A stretch of DNA of 64,000 nucleotides from Tagaea sp. (GTDB lineage: Bacteria; Pseudomonadota; Alphaproteobacteria; CACIAM-22H2). Positions within the stretch are counted from its first letter, which is position 1; each line of letters opens with the position of its first letter. Made by a program: the position numbers and the translations under genes. Positions 11,316 to 22,097 of the stretch are shown piece by piece. Under the pieces are notes generated by a model. It worked only from the letters and a program-made list of their open reading frames with translations, did not search any database and was not told the DNA's origin. Location of the stretch: positions 64,001 through 128,000 of the forward strand of contig CBDIIB010000004.1 in NCBI GenBank assembly GCA_965279525.1. The letters run 5' to 3'.

Positions 11316-11945
11316 CTAGGGGCTGGTGAGAACCAGCTTGCCACGCGGCGTCTCCAGTTCGGCAAGGAAACCGGCCGTGAGCGCCCGCTCGACGCGGACC
11401 GGAACGCCCAGCGCGCCGTAGATCGCCTCCAGCCGTTCGCGATCGGGATGGAGGGCGACGAAGTTCAGCAGCCGGAGGCCGCGCGGCGTCGAGCCGGACG
11501 GGTGCGGGGAGTTGCCCCAGTCGATCGCGAACGGGACCGAGTCGCCGAAGGCCTCGTCGCCGAAATAGAGGATCGACCAGTCGAGCCGAACGCCGTCGGC
11601 CCGCGTGCGGCCCATCGAGACCGGCCCGCGGATCGGGATGCCGGCCGATTCCGCCGCAAGGCGCATCGCCGCGAGATCGTCGCTGCGCACGGAGAAGGCG
11701 GTCAGTCCCGGGCGTGGCTGGGCCGCGATGCGTGCGCCGCGCGTTCCGGCGAGATCCTGTGCGGGATCCGGCGCGATGATCTCGAAATAAAGGCCGTTGC
11801 CGAGCGACAGCAGGCTGTTGCGCGTGCCGAAGCCCGCATGCACGCCGCCGCGCGCCGGTTTCACGCCGGACAGCACCGTGAAAAGCCGCTCGCCGGCTTC
11901 GAGATCGGGTGCCCCCCAGAGAATGTGATCGAGTTCCACCGTCAT
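11316..11945 (-). CDS. VOC/glyoxalase-like protein (Glyoxalase_3 type)
   Basis: LDH, GGVH..GTRN, YFEIIAPD and PFAIDW motifs. Confidence 0.85.
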   Translation of the reverse strand: MTVELDHILWGAPDLEAGERLFTVLSGVKPARGGVHAGFGTRNSLLSLGNGLYFEIIAPDPAQDLAGTRGARIAAQPRPGLTAFSVRSDDLAAMRLAAESAGIPIRGPVSMGRTRADGVRLDWSILYFGDEAFGDSVPFAIDWGNSPHPSGSTPRGLRLLNFVALHPDRERLEAIYGALGVPVRVERALTAGFLAELETPRGKLVLTSP

Positions 11946-11957
11946 CCGCGTTTTCCT

Positions 11958-12383
11958 TCAGGTCTTGCTGAGATAGACGCCGCGCCCGCTTGCGACAAGC
12001 GCCCCGGCCTCGTCGTGGATGCGTGCCTCGGCCGTGCATAGCGTACGCCCGAGCTTGAGGACGCAGGCCTTTGCCAGAAGCGGGCCAGGCATGGCCGGCC
12101 GATGGAAGTCGACGCGCATGTCGACCGTCGGTAGGCCATGGCCGAGATGCGCCGCGATCGCATAGTCGCCGGCGATGTCGACGAGCGCGCCGAGGATGCC
12201 GCCATGCGTGTATCCGATCCCGGCGACGGAAACGAACTCGGGCCGCCAGGGCATCAGCAATTCGACTCCTTCCTTTGACAATGCGTGAAGGCGCACACCA
12301 AGCCATTGGTGAAACGGAGATCGGCGCACCATTTCGTCGAGCGCCCCGAATGCGATCGGGGGATTGTCGGCCGAGGCGGTCAT
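11958..12383 (-). CDS. PaaI-family hotdog thioesterase
   Basis: HGGILGALVD and TVDMRVDFHRP motifs. Confidence 0.88.
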   Translation of the reverse strand: MTASADNPPIAFGALDEMVRRSPFHQWLGVRLHALSKEGVELLMPWRPEFVSVAGIGYTHGGILGALVDIAGDYAIAAHLGHGLPTVDMRVDFHRPAMPGPLLAKACVLKLGRTLCTAEARIHDEAGALVASGRGVYLSKT

Positions 12384-12765
12384 TCCAGTCGCAAGGCCAT
12401 AGTGGCGCTACCTGTCCGCTGACATTCAGGTGGATGGAGGGAGAGAGCTTCCCCCCGTTCCGGGTGGCTTTCAATAACTTAAGCGCTTCGGCGCCTCCGT
12501 CGTCGACCTAGCCGACACGCCCCGCCCGACGCCGCCGATCGGGCAGCGCCCGCACGCCAGCCCCCATCACAATCTCGTGCACGCCGTTCAGGGCGTCGAC
12601 GTCGATCTTAAGGTTGCCGATGGAAGAATCGTTGCCTGTGGCGGAAAGCTCGTGACGGCCGACATTCGCGAACTGATCGCCGGAGTACATTCGATAGTGC
12701 CGGGTCTTCTGTCGCTCAGACCGTAAAAAATCCCACTGCCTGGCAACCGGCGCGGGCTTTGTCGT

Positions 12766-13461
12766 TCAGGTGCCCACCATGAATCTGTAGCCCACACCGG
12801 GCTCCGTCAGGATGAAGCGTGGCGCGGCAGGATCGTCGCCTAGCTTCTCGCGAAGCTGCCGTACGTAGACCCGCAGGTACTGCGTATCGGCGACGTGCGC
12901 CGGCCCCCACACGCGCTCAAGGACCATCCGGTGTGTCAGGACCTTGCCACCCGCCTGGGCAAGCAACTTCAGCAGATCGTATTCCTTCGGCGTGAGCTTG
13001 ACGTCCTCGCCCGCCAGCCGGACGCGACGCTGAACGAGATCGATTTCGAGGTCGCCGCTGCGGATGACGGGTTCCGAACCGGATTCCTGCAGTCGATGGC
13101 GCAGGGCAGTCCGCAGGCGTGCGAGCAGTTCAGGCATGCCGAAAGGTTTTGTCACATAGTCGTCCGCTCCCTCGTCGAGGGCCCCGACTTTCTCGTCCTC
13201 GCCGGCACGCACCGACAGCACGATGACCGGTACGGCGGAGAACTCGCGGATACGCGTCAATGCCGTGTGCCCGTCTTCGTCCGGTAGGCCGAGGTCGAGG
13301 AGTACGGCATCCGGCTTCTCGCGCGCGACGGCGGCAATGCCTTCGCGGGCGGTCGCCGCCTCGATCACGGTGTCGCCCTCGGCCTCCAGCGCCACGCGCA
13401 ACAGCTTTCGCAGCTGCGGCTCGTCGTCGATGACCAGGACGCGGCGCTTGGGTGCGTTCAT
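12766..13461 (-). CDS. kdpE: KdpE response regulator
   Basis: OmpR-type REC-wHTH; TQYLRVYVRQLREK; operon context. Confidence 0.95.
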   Translation of the reverse strand: MNAPKRRVLVIDDEPQLRKLLRVALEAEGDTVIEAATAREGIAAVAREKPDAVLLDLGLPDEDGHTALTRIREFSAVPVIVLSVRAGEDEKVGALDEGADDYVTKPFGMPELLARLRTALRHRLQESGSEPVIRSGDLEIDLVQRRVRLAGEDVKLTPKEYDLLKLLAQAGGKVLTHRMVLERVWGPAHVADTQYLRVYVRQLREKLGDDPAAPRFILTEPGVGYRFMVGT

Positions 13462-16181
13462 CTCGGCTCCGGCCGGGCTTCGTCGGGCTGCGGATCGACC
13501 GGCAGGTCGACGATCGCGCGCGTACCGTAGCTGTCGATGATCGGGCTTTCCAGCCGAACCGTCCCGCCGTGCGCCTCCACGAGGCCACGACAGATCGCAA
13601 GCCCCAATCCGGTTCCGGCGATCTGCCGGTCGCCCCAGCGCCCATCTTCCCCGCCGCGCACGCGATAGAACTTGTCGAAGACGCGCTCGAGATCGGTGGC
13701 AGGGACGCCTCGGCCGCGGTCCTCGACGGTGATTCGCAGCCGCGAGCCGATTACGGAAATCGCAACGGAGATCGACGTGCTGTCCGGCGAGTATTTGGTC
13801 GCATTGTCGAGAAGATTGTAGAGAGCCTGTCCGAGCAGTGTCGGATCGACACGCAGCAGCGGCAGGTTCGGGCTGGCGGATACGGTCACTTCGCGTGCTG
13901 GAAGTCGCTTGCGCAGTCGCGCCACGGCGGTACCGGCGAGTTCGCGTACATCCGTCCAGTCGCGCCGAAGTGCAAGTGCGCCACCCTCCAGACGTGTCAT
14001 ATCGAGCAGGTTGCCGACGAAACGCGCGAGGCGTTCGGATTCCTCGTGGATCGCGTCAAGGAGCTGCCGGCGCGAATGTTCGTTGAGGCCGCTGCCAGTC
14101 CGCAGCGTGGAAATGGCCCCGGTGATCGTCGAAAGCGGTGTACCGAGATCGTGGCTGATCGACGAGAGCAGTGCGGCCCGCAGCTTCTCGGATTCGGCAA
14201 GCACCTTGGCCTCGCGCATTTCGGCGTCAAGCCGCATGCGGCCAATCGCGATCGCGGCCTGATCGGCAAGCGCGTCCAGCAGGCGACGCGCATCGGGATC
14301 GAGTGATTTGCCATTCGGCGGCCGGATGCCCAGTACGCCGACCGGTCCCGCCGCCGTGCGCATCGGCACATAGAGCCGCTCGGCCGACGGCAGCGTGCCG
14401 GAGCCTAGGCCAGCCGCTTCACCCTTGTCGCGAGCCCAATGGGCGGCCGCCCAATCGCCGGCTGGCAGATCGTCCTCGGGTGGATAGCCGCCGCGCACGA
14501 CAAGTCGCTCGTCCTGGCCGAGCAGCACGACGGTGCCGGCGCCGAGCATCGTCGCCACCTGATGGGCGACGATCCAGACAAGGTCGTCGAGAGCTGCAGC
14601 GGCGGCGAGTTTTCGCGCGAAGTCGTAGAGGGCCGCGGTCGTACGAAAGCGCCGGCGGGCATCGGTCGCCTGCTCGCGAACGCGGCTGGCCTGACTCGAG
14701 AGCAGGACAGCGACGACGACGAAGATCGCCAGCGCCAAGATGTCGCGCGGGTCGCCGATAGTCAGCGTCAGGTAGGGCTCGACGAAGAAGAAGTCGAAAA
14801 CCAATGTGGCCAGCAGCGAGGCATAGAGCGACGGCGACAGGCCGAAGCGTACTGCCGTGTAGATGATCGACGTGAGCAGCAGGATCGGCTCGACGTTCGG
14901 CGTGTCGAACTGCAGGCGAAGCAACCAGCACAGCCCGGCTGCAGCGAAAACGGCACCTGTCGCCTCAATGAATGGCCGTGGCCCCTGGGCCGCACGCGCG
15001 GCAAGCCGGACACGCAATGCGGCGGTGAGCCTTTCGCGCGCCGACGGGCCGTCCGATGGCACGATGTGCACGCCGATCGCATCGTTTGCGCGGATCAACT
15101 CGTGCACGAGAGACCGGCCAAGCCAATCACGCCAGCGCGGCCGTCGGGTCTTGCCGATTACTATTTGGGTGATGTTCTGGCCGCGCGCGAGATCGAGAAT
15201 CTCGGCGACGACGTCGGATGTGGGGATCACGCGCGCCTCGCCGCCGAGCCGATCCGCAAGCTTCAGCGCATCGGCAATGCGCGTCTTTGCGGCCTCGTCG
15301 AGGCTGGCGTGGTGCGGGGTCTCGAAATTGACCGCCATCCATTTGGCACCGATCTGGTCCGCCAACCGCCTGGCCGCGCGAACGATGGGGGCTGGATCGG
15401 GATACGCTGAGATGCAGGCGAGGATGCGCTCGCCCGCCGGCCACGGCCCCGGAATCGCCTGACGCAACATCAGCCCGACCATCTGGTCGTCGACTCGTTC
15501 GGCCGTGCGGCGAAGCGCCAGTTCGCGCAAGGCGGTCAGGTTGCCGGGCCGGAAGAAGTGCTCGACCGCTCGTTCGGCGTTTGCGCCCTTGTATATCTTG
15601 CCTTCCTTAAGACGCTTGATCAGGTCATCCGGCGTGAGATCGACGAGTTCGATCGCGTCGGCGCGCTCGAGTACGGAATCCGGCAGCGTCTCCTGCACCC
15701 GCACGCCGGTGATTTTCGCGACGATGTCGTTGAGGCTTTCGAGGTGCTGGACATTCAGCGTCGTCCAGATATCGATGCCGGCGGCAAGCAACTCCTCGAC
15801 GTCTTGATGGCGCTTGGGGTGACGCGATCCCGGCGCGTTCGTATGAGCGAGTTCGTCGACGAGCAGCAGGCCCGGCCGGCGGGCGAGGGCTGCGTCGATG
15901 TCAAATTCTTCGATCTCGTGCCCGCGATGCACGAGTTTACGGCGGGCGAGGACCTCGAATCCGTCGAGCTTGTCAGTGGTAGCGTCGCGATCATGTGTTT
16001 CGATGATGCCGGCGACGACATCGATCCCCTCGGCCTTGCGCGCCTGAGCTGCTTCAAGCATCGCATAGGTCTTGCCCACGCCGGGGGCAGCACCCAGGAA
16101 CACCTTAAGGCGGCCGGACCCTTCGGTCTTGGCGACCGCCAGTAGCGCATTCGGATCCGGGCGGTCGTCGGCGTTGGTCAT
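13458..16181 (-). CDS. kdpD: KdpD sensor histidine kinase
   Basis: GAAPGVGKT, DELAHTN, Usp domain, 4 TM, GAF, SHDL H-box, HATPase. Confidence 0.97.
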   Translation of the reverse strand: MTNADDRPDPNALLAVAKTEGSGRLKVFLGAAPGVGKTYAMLEAAQARKAEGIDVVAGIIETHDRDATTDKLDGFEVLARRKLVHRGHEIEEFDIDAALARRPGLLLVDELAHTNAPGSRHPKRHQDVEELLAAGIDIWTTLNVQHLESLNDIVAKITGVRVQETLPDSVLERADAIELVDLTPDDLIKRLKEGKIYKGANAERAVEHFFRPGNLTALRELALRRTAERVDDQMVGLMLRQAIPGPWPAGERILACISAYPDPAPIVRAARRLADQIGAKWMAVNFETPHHASLDEAAKTRIADALKLADRLGGEARVIPTSDVVAEILDLARGQNITQIVIGKTRRPRWRDWLGRSLVHELIRANDAIGVHIVPSDGPSARERLTAALRVRLAARAAQGPRPFIEATGAVFAAAGLCWLLRLQFDTPNVEPILLLTSIIYTAVRFGLSPSLYASLLATLVFDFFFVEPYLTLTIGDPRDILALAIFVVVAVLLSSQASRVREQATDARRRFRTTAALYDFARKLAAAAALDDLVWIVAHQVATMLGAGTVVLLGQDERLVVRGGYPPEDDLPAGDWAAAHWARDKGEAAGLGSGTLPSAERLYVPMRTAAGPVGVLGIRPPNGKSLDPDARRLLDALADQAAIAIGRMRLDAEMREAKVLAESEKLRAALLSSISHDLGTPLSTITGAISTLRTGSGLNEHSRRQLLDAIHEESERLARFVGNLLDMTRLEGGALALRRDWTDVRELAGTAVARLRKRLPAREVTVSASPNLPLLRVDPTLLGQALYNLLDNATKYSPDSTSISVAISVIGSRLRITVEDRGRGVPATDLERVFDKFYRVRGGEDGRWGDRQIAGTGLGLAICRGLVEAHGGTVRLESPIIDSYGTRAIVDLPVDPQPDEARPEPR

Positions 16182-16193
16182 GCAGACTTTCGG

Positions 16194-16754
16194 CTACGGC
16201 CGCAGTGCGTCGAGGGCAAGATTGAGGCCGAGAACATCGACCCGTGGCTGCCCCAGTATGCCGAGTTCCCGGCCGTACGTGAACTGTGTCAACAGGTTCC
16301 GGACCCGGGCTTCCGGTAACCCGAGTGCGGCGGCAACCCGCGCGACCTGGCGCTCGGCGTTTGCAGGCGAGATATGCGGGTCAAGGCCGGATGCGGATGC
16401 CAGAACAGCATCTGCAGGCACCGGCTTCGGCCCTCCAAATGTTTCGACGTCGATCTTCACGCGCTCGATAAGCTTGGCCGACGTCGGCCCTAGATTGGCA
16501 CCGCCGGAAGACGTCGGGTCATAACCGCCGCTGCCGGCGGCAGACGGCCGTCCGTGGAAATATCGGCCGTTGGCGAAATTCTGGCCGATCAGTGCCGATC
16601 CGATGACACGACCGTCGCGTTCGATCAACGAGCCGTTAGCGGAATGGCGAAACGCAATCTGGCCGATACCGGTAACCAGCAGCGGATAGAGCACGCCGCA
16701 AATCACCGAAAACGCGATCAGTAGAACAAAGGCAGGGCGGACATGGACGTACAT
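16194..16754 (-). CDS. kdpC: K+-transporting ATPase subunit C
   Basis: ANGSL, GSALIGQ, YFHGRPSA and ASASGLDPHISP motifs. Confidence 0.95.
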   Translation of the reverse strand: MYVHVRPAFVLLIAFSVICGVLYPLLVTGIGQIAFRHSANGSLIERDGRVIGSALIGQNFANGRYFHGRPSAAGSGGYDPTSSGGANLGPTSAKLIERVKIDVETFGGPKPVPADAVLASASGLDPHISPANAERQVARVAAALGLPEARVRNLLTQFTYGRELGILGQPRVDVLGLNLALDALRP

Positions 16755-16762
16755 GGCAAACC

Positions 16763-18802
16763 TCACGCGAGCCCGAGGGCGGAAACGAGAATGTCGACGG
16801 CCTTGATGCCAACGAACGGAACGAGGATGCCGCCCAGCCCGTAGACGAGCAGGTGACGGCGCAGCAGTTCGCCGGCCGGCATCGGGCGATAGGCGATGCC
16901 CTTCAGCGCCAGCGGGATCAAAGCCACAATGATCAGGGCGTTGAAGATCACCGCTGACAAGATGGCGCTTTGCGGCGTGGCCAACCCCATGACATTGAGC
17001 GCGCCTAGCTGCGGGTAGGCGGCGACGAACAGTGCCGGGATGATTGCAAAGTATTTCGCGACGTCGTTGGCGATCGAGAACGTCGTCAGTGCGCCGCGCG
17101 TCATGAGGAGCTGCTTGCCAATGCCGACGACCTCGATCAGCTTGGTCGGGTTCGAATCGAGATCGACCATGTTGCCGGCTTCGCGTGCAGCCTGCGTGCC
17201 GGTCTGCATGGCGAGTCCGACATCGGCCTGGGCGAGGGCGGGCGCGTCGTTCGTACCGTCGCCGCACATCGCGACCAACCGGCCCTTGGCCTGCTCGGCG
17301 CGGATGAAAGCGAGCTTGTCTTCGGGCGTCGCCTCGGCGATGAAATCGTCCACGCCAGCCTCGGCGGCAATGGCCGCGGCGGTCAACTTGTTGTCGCCGG
17401 TGACCATCACAGTGCGCACGCCCATCCGGCGAAGCTCGGCAAAGCGCTCGCGGATTCCGGCCTTGACGATGTCCTTCAGGTAGATGATGCCGAGGAGACG
17501 AGTACCTGTGGTACCCGTCTCCGCGACAGCCAGTGGCGTGCCGCCGCTGCGCGCGATGCGTTCGACCTGTTCAGCCACCACCGTCGGCAGCGGGACGCCT
17601 GCGAACCGTACGATAGAATCGACGGCCCCTTTGCGGATCCGCCGTCCCGGCAGGTCGACACCGGAAATCCTGGTCTGCGCAGTGAAGGGGACGAACACGG
17701 CCGAAGGGTCGCCGGCGGGCGCCGCTCCAAGCCGTTCCTGGGCGAGACGGACAATCGAGCGTCCTTCGGGCGTCTCGTCGGCGAGCGAAGCGAGAAGGGC
17801 CGCCTCGGCGAGCTCCCGCTCTGATACGCCCAGTGCGGGCACGAAGGCCGTCGCCATGCGATCGCCCAGCGTGATCGTCCCGGTCTTGTCGAGCAGCAGC
17901 ACATCGACGTCGCCGGCCGCTTCGACCGCGCGGCCCGACGTCGCCAGCACGTTGAACTTCACTAGCCGGTCCATGCCCGCGATCCCAATCGCCGAGAGCA
18001 GACCGCCTATGGTGGTAGGGATCAACGTCACGAACAGCGCGACCAGAACCGTCAACGACAGGGCAGCTCCGGCGTAGGCCGCGAATGCTGGCAGCGTCGC
18101 GACGACCACGACGAAGATCAGCGACATCCCGGCGAGAAGAATGTTCAGCGCGATCTCGTTGGGCGTCTTCTGCCGAGAGGCTCCTTCGACGAGGGCAATC
18201 ATCCGGTCGAGGAAGCTCGATCCCTGTGCCGCCGTGATCTTGACCTTGATCCAATCCGACAGCACGACCGTGCCACCGGTGACGGCCGATCGGTCGCCGC
18301 CAGACTCCCGGATGACCGGGGCAGATTCGCCGGTGATGGCGCTTTCATTGACCGACGCGATGCCTTCGACGACGGAGCCGTCGCCCGGGATCGTGTCGCC
18401 CGCCTCGACCATGACGACGTCGCCAACCTCTAGCTCGGTCGCGGACACCTTCTCGTATATGTCGCCGGGGCCGTATACGATTCGCTTGGCCCAGGTCTCG
18501 GTCTTCACCTTGCGCAACGCGTCGGCCTGCGCCTTGCCGCGCCCTTCGGCGACGGCTTCGGCGAGATTGGCGAACAGGACGGTGAACCAAAGCCAGGCCG
18601 CGATCTGCCCGGAGAATCCCGCTGCCTGGTCGCCGGCAAGATCCCGGGCGAAGGTGAGAGTTGCGACGCCAGCAACCACAGCAGTGACGAAGATGACCGG
18701 ATTGCGGACGAGGCCGCGCGGATCGAGCTTGGCGAAAGCCGCGCGGACAGCCGGCAACAGGATCGCGGGGTCGAAAAGCGAGATTTCCTTGGCGCGTGCC
18801 AT
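16763..18802 (-). CDS. kdpB: K+-transporting P-type ATPase subunit B
   Basis: TGES, DKTGT and [10 protein letters not shown] motifs. Confidence 0.98.
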   Translation of the reverse strand: MARAKEISLFDPAILLPAVRAAFAKLDPRGLVRNPVIFVTAVVAGVATLTFARDLAGDQAAGFSGQIAAWLWFTVLFANLAEAVAEGRGKAQADALRKVKTETWAKRIVYGPGDIYEKVSATELEVGDVVMVEAGDTIPGDGSVVEGIASVNESAITGESAPVIRESGGDRSAVTGGTVVLSDWIKVKITAAQGSSFLDRMIALVEGASRQKTPNEIALNILLAGMSLIFVVVVATLPAFAAYAGAALSLTVLVALFVTLIPTTIGGLLSAIGIAGMDRLVKFNVLATSGRAVEAAGDVDVLLLDKTGTITLGDRMATAFVPALGVSERELAEAALLASLADETPEGRSIVRLAQERLGAAPAGDPSAVFVPFTAQTRISGVDLPGRRIRKGAVDSIVRFAGVPLPTVVAEQVERIARSGGTPLAVAETGTTGTRLLGIIYLKDIVKAGIRERFAELRRMGVRTVMVTGDNKLTAAAIAAEAGVDDFIAEATPEDKLAFIRAEQAKGRLVAMCGDGTNDAPALAQADVGLAMQTGTQAAREAGNMVDLDSNPTKLIEVVGIGKQLLMTRGALTTFSIANDVAKYFAIIPALFVAAYPQLGALNVMGLATPQSAILSAVIFNALIIVALIPLALKGIAYRPMPAGELLRRHLLVYGLGGILVPFVGIKAVDILVSALGLA

Positions 18803-18826
18803 GGTCGTTGTTCCTTTGCTGCGCGA

Positions 18827-20536
18827 TCAGAAGGTCTGGCCGGCAAGCATCGCGAAATGCTCGACGATCGGACCGAGAGCGAGGGCCGGGAAGAAGCTGA
18901 GGCCGCCGACGACCAGGATCGTGCCGGCAAGCAGCACGACAAACAGCGGCCCGTCGGTCGGGAATGTGCCATCGGAGGCGGGCACGCGCTTCTTGGCGGC
19001 AAGTGCACCAGCCAGGGCGAGCACCGGCACGATGATCGCGAAGCGCCCGACCAACATGGCGATCCCAAGCGTTGTATTCCAGAAGTGCACATTGGCTGTG
19101 AGGCCGGCAAAGGCCGAGCCGTTGTTGCCGACGGCCGACGTATAGGCGTAGAGCGCCTCGGAGAAGCCGTGCGGGCCGGCGTTGTTGAGCCCGTCGAGCG
19201 CGCCCGGCCAGAGCAGGGCGAGGGCCGTAAAGGCCAGAATGAGGACTGGCGGGACAAGTACGACGAGACTTGCGAGCTTGACTTCGCGCGCCTCGATCTT
19301 CTTGCCGAGATATTCCGGTGTGCGCCCGACCATCAGGCCGGCGACGAATACCGCAATCACCGCGTAGACCAGCAGGCCATAGAGACCGGAGCCGACGCCG
19401 CCGAACACGATCTCGCCGAGTTGGATCATGAACATTGGCACGAGGCCGCCGAGCGGCGTGAAACTGTCATGCATCGCGTTGACCGAGCCATTGGAGGCGG
19501 CGGTGGTGACCACGGCCCAGATCGCCGACCAGGCGATACCGAAACGGGTCTCCTTGCCCTCCATGTTGCCGTCGGCGGGATCGAGACCAAGTGCGATCAG
19601 GATCGGGTTGCCGGCGGCTTCGGCTGCATAGCAGGCCAAGAGACCGCCGAGCAGAAGTAGGGTCATCGTCGCGAGCAGGACGGTTCCCTGGCGCGAGGCA
19701 CCGACCATCCGGCCGAACGTGACGGCGAGGGCGGCCGGGATTGCCAGGATCGCCCACAACGACAGTAGGTTCGTCCACCCGTTCGGGTTCTCGAACGGGT
19801 GGGCGGAGTTGGCGTTGAAGAATCCGCCGCCGTTGGTGCCGAGTTGCTTGATCGCGATCTGCGAGGCGACCGGGCCCAGCGCGATCGTCTGTGAGGCGCC
19901 TTCGAGCGTTGTTGCCTCGACATTGGCCGAAAAGGTCTGCGGCATGCCGAACGCTACGAAGGCGATGGCCAGAACCAGCGAGACCGGAAGCAAAACATAA
20001 AGAGTCCCGCGCGTCAGGTCCGCCCAGAAGTTGCCCACGCCACGCGCTTCGACGCGCGCAAACCCGCGCGCCAGCGCCAATGCCAGTGCGATGCCGGTCG
20101 CCGCGGAAACGAAGTTCTGCGTTGCGAGACCGACCATCTGCGACAGGTGGCTCATCGTCGACTCGCCGGCATAGGACTGCCAGTTCGTATTGGTGACGAA
20201 GCTCACGGCCGTATTGAACGCCAGATGCGCATCGACCGAAGAGAGATCGTTGGGATTGAGCGGCAGCACGTCCTGTAGCCGCAGTAGCGCATAAAGCAGG
20301 ACGAAACCTGCGGCGTTGAAGGCAAGCATCGCGCCGACATAGCCGAGCCAGCCCTGATCGCGCGTCGCATCGATGCCGGCAACCCGGTAGAGACCGGCCT
20401 CGACGCGCCCGACGAGTGGGGACAAAAATGTCCGTTCGCCAGCGAAGACGCGCGCCATGTAAACGCCCAGCGGGACGGCACTGGCGAGGACCAGGCCAAC
20501 GACAAGCAGAATCTGCAGCCATCCCATCGGGGTCAT
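18827..20536 (-). CDS. kdpA: K+-transporting ATPase subunit A
   Basis: TNTNWQ, GTNGGG, SNGS and NNGSAF selectivity motifs. Confidence 0.98.
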   Translation of the reverse strand: MTPMGWLQILLVVGLVLASAVPLGVYMARVFAGERTFLSPLVGRVEAGLYRVAGIDATRDQGWLGYVGAMLAFNAAGFVLLYALLRLQDVLPLNPNDLSSVDAHLAFNTAVSFVTNTNWQSYAGESTMSHLSQMVGLATQNFVSAATGIALALALARGFARVEARGVGNFWADLTRGTLYVLLPVSLVLAIAFVAFGMPQTFSANVEATTLEGASQTIALGPVASQIAIKQLGTNGGGFFNANSAHPFENPNGWTNLLSLWAILAIPAALAVTFGRMVGASRQGTVLLATMTLLLLGGLLACYAAEAAGNPILIALGLDPADGNMEGKETRFGIAWSAIWAVVTTAASNGSVNAMHDSFTPLGGLVPMFMIQLGEIVFGGVGSGLYGLLVYAVIAVFVAGLMVGRTPEYLGKKIEAREVKLASLVVLVPPVLILAFTALALLWPGALDGLNNAGPHGFSEALYAYTSAVGNNGSAFAGLTANVHFWNTTLGIAMLVGRFAIIVPVLALAGALAAKKRVPASDGTFPTDGPLFVVLLAGTILVVGGLSFFPALALGPIVEHFAMLAGQTF

Positions 20537-20564
20537 GGCAGGTACTCCGGTTCTCTCGTGTGTT

Positions 20565-20651
20565 TCAGAATTTCTCGGGCGCCAGCAGGGCGACCGCGAG
20601 ATAGATAAAAAGGGCGATTGCGACCGCGCTGCCCAGGATCAGCTCGAACAT
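20565..20651 (-). CDS. kdpF: KdpF small subunit ([28 protein letters not shown])
   Basis: 28-aa hydrophobic ORF ending YL..ALL.PEKF directly upstream of kdpA; absent from the ORF track. Confidence 0.92.
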   Translation of the reverse strand: MFELILGSAVAIALFIYLAVALLAPEKF

Positions 20652-20661
20652 CGGATATCCC

Positions 20662-20745
20662 TCACAGCCGCGTGCAGGCGCGCGCGAACAGCGCCATCGC
20701 GGCGAACAGGCCGGTCCCGAGTGCCAAATAGAGAAGGTCTTCCAT
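20662..20745 (-). CDS. 27-aa hydrophobic peptide upstream of kdpF (MEDLLYLALGTGLFAAMALFARACTRL)
   Basis: ATG with GGAGG RBS, one TM segment, stop 10 nt before the kdpF start. Confidence 0.75.
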   Translation of the reverse strand: MEDLLYLALGTGLFAAMALFARACTRL

Positions 20746-20820
20746 GTCCGCCTCCAACGTTGAGGCCGGGACTATGGATCCGAGTGCCGTAGCCGTTCGA
20801 TGCGGAACTCAGGGCTGTGG

Positions 20821-20838
20821 CATAAGGATTTCATAAGG
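20821..20838 (-). promoter_or_regulatory. Putative KdpE binding site
   Basis: Direct repeat CATAAGG-N4-CATAAGG (11-bp period, OmpR-family spacing) about 75 bp upstream of the kdp operon. Confidence 0.6.
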
Positions 20839-20845
20839 GCGATTT

Positions 20846-20954
20846 ATTGCTCTTGGTTTCCACCCATTTCCCTCCGTTGCCGGAAGTCATGGAAACCGCC
20901 TCGAAATCATCGAATAGTCGAGAAACTGGGGGACTGGGAGTCGTTGGTTCGAAT
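20846..20954 (+). repeat. att-like junction copy 1: arm sequence plus degenerate tRNA-Pro(GGG) anticodon loop to T-loop
   Basis: About 45/51 identity by eye to 57017-57067, followed by CTGGGGGACTGGGAGTCGTTGGTTCGAAT. Confidence 0.75.
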
Positions 20955-20985
20955 ACGGCAAATCACGGGCTCAGGCCGCGCCCTG

Positions 20986-21312
20986 TCATCGGCGGAGCGA
21001 TAGAATATACGCCACGATATCGTTGATCTCGTTTCTGGTCAGGGCATTGCTCGGCATGCGCTGATGCGGGGTCTGCAGCAGGACGTTGAGACTGATCGAA
21101 GTGGTCGAGGTAAGTGCTGCAACTGCAGCAAAAGCCGGGGCCGGATCGAGGGCACTCGATTGCCCGGATTCGCCCGTGTTGTGGCACGAGGCGCACAAGC
21201 GCTCGGATGTCTCGCGGCCGCGATCCGCGTCGCCGGCAGACTGTGCGATGGCTACCGGTGCGGACGCAATTATCGCTCCAAAGACGAGTGGAATGAGTGC
21301 GCGCTTCAACAT
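20986..21312 (-). CDS. Small periplasmic monoheme cytochrome c
   Basis: Signal peptide, CASCH heme motif, distal HQRMP Met. Confidence 0.88.
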   Translation of the reverse strand: MLKRALIPLVFGAIIASAPVAIAQSAGDADRGRETSERLCASCHNTGESGQSSALDPAPAFAAVAALTSTTSISLNVLLQTPHQRMPSNALTRNEINDIVAYILSLRR

Positions 21313-21393
21313 CTTCTGTCCTGCCTGACTGCGGCCGCCAGTTTGCGTTTGCCGTTAACCGACGCTAGCGACCGGCGTTTCGGCAGTACAGGT

Positions 21394-21408
21394 TCGGATT
21401 CTACCCAA
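21394..21408 (-). promoter_or_regulatory. FixJ-like box (TTGGGTAGAATCCGA)
   Basis: Copy of the recurrent 15-mer, about 80 bp upstream of the cytochrome c gene. Confidence 0.5.
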
Positions 21409-21654
21409 TCCAGCCGTCAGCCAGATCTTGAACTGGCGTTCCACACTATCGGATTTCGGCGATCGGCCCCGGTGAAGTTCGGCCAGATCCAGCCTCTCGA
21501 ACCGGTCGTCGAGATGCAGCAATCTCTCATTCTGCTTGGTTCAAGAACTCGGTCAGATCATTCGTCGTGTTCATCGCGGCAAGCGAGGCGATCTGGTTCA
21601 TGAGCTGGCGACGCAGGTCGCGCGACGGCAAATGAGCGGTGGCTTCCGGAAATG

Positions 21655-21686
21655 AAAAGGCCCGCCACTTCGCAGTGGCGGGCCTT
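21655..21686 (-). terminator. Rho-independent terminator after the lipoprotein gene
   Basis: AAGGCCCGCCACT-N4-AGTGGCGGGCCTT hairpin with a short U-tract on the minus strand. Confidence 0.75.
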
Positions 21687-21711
21687 CCTGCGTCAGGCGT
21701 GTCCGGCGAGG

Positions 21712-21954
21712 CTAGCGCCAGATCGGCCGGCCGAGATTGATCTGGCTCTCGTTCGTGAGGGCACCGGTACCGGCACCCACGGCACCGCCGATCAGCGCAC
21801 CCTCGATCGGAGCGCCGACGATGAGCCCGCCAAGCGCACCGACACCGGCACCGATGCCGGCACCGCTCATCGCGCGATCGCCCGTGCTGTTTCCGCAAGC
21901 GGACAGCGCAAGCATCAGGGCGAACAGGGATCCCGTCGATATGATGCGTTTCAT
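21712..21954 (-). CDS. Small glycine-zipper lipoprotein (OsmB/YMGG-like)
   Basis: Lipobox LSAC, GAGIGAGVGA repeats, AGGAGA RBS. Confidence 0.85.
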   Translation of the reverse strand: MKRIISTGSLFALMLALSACGNSTGDRAMSGAGIGAGVGALGGLIVGAPIEGALIGGAVGAGTGALTNESQINLGRPIWR

Positions 21955-22097
21955 GTTCCGTCTCCTCGTGTACTTTCCCGAACCGGGCAGGATTGCGCGG
22001 GTGTGGGGTGCAATTGCCGCTCGATGGGCAACCCTGTCTTCGATTGTCTGGATATGGTTGAACGGCCGGACCCGGCCGGATATTCCGTCCGTGCGCG

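Noticed and set aside
12508-12690. 60-aa minus-strand ORF between the thioesterase and kdpE
   Set aside because: No recognisable motif or RBS; possibly a gene scrap at a junction.
21389-21405. Another tRNA T-arm remnant (CAGGTTCGGATTCTACC)
   Set aside because: Better explained as a copy of the FixJ-like box upstream of the cytochrome c gene; no CCA end or hairpin.
21420-21650. Protein-like minus-strand fragments downstream of the lipoprotein terminator
   Set aside because: Broken across frames and unidentifiable without a search.
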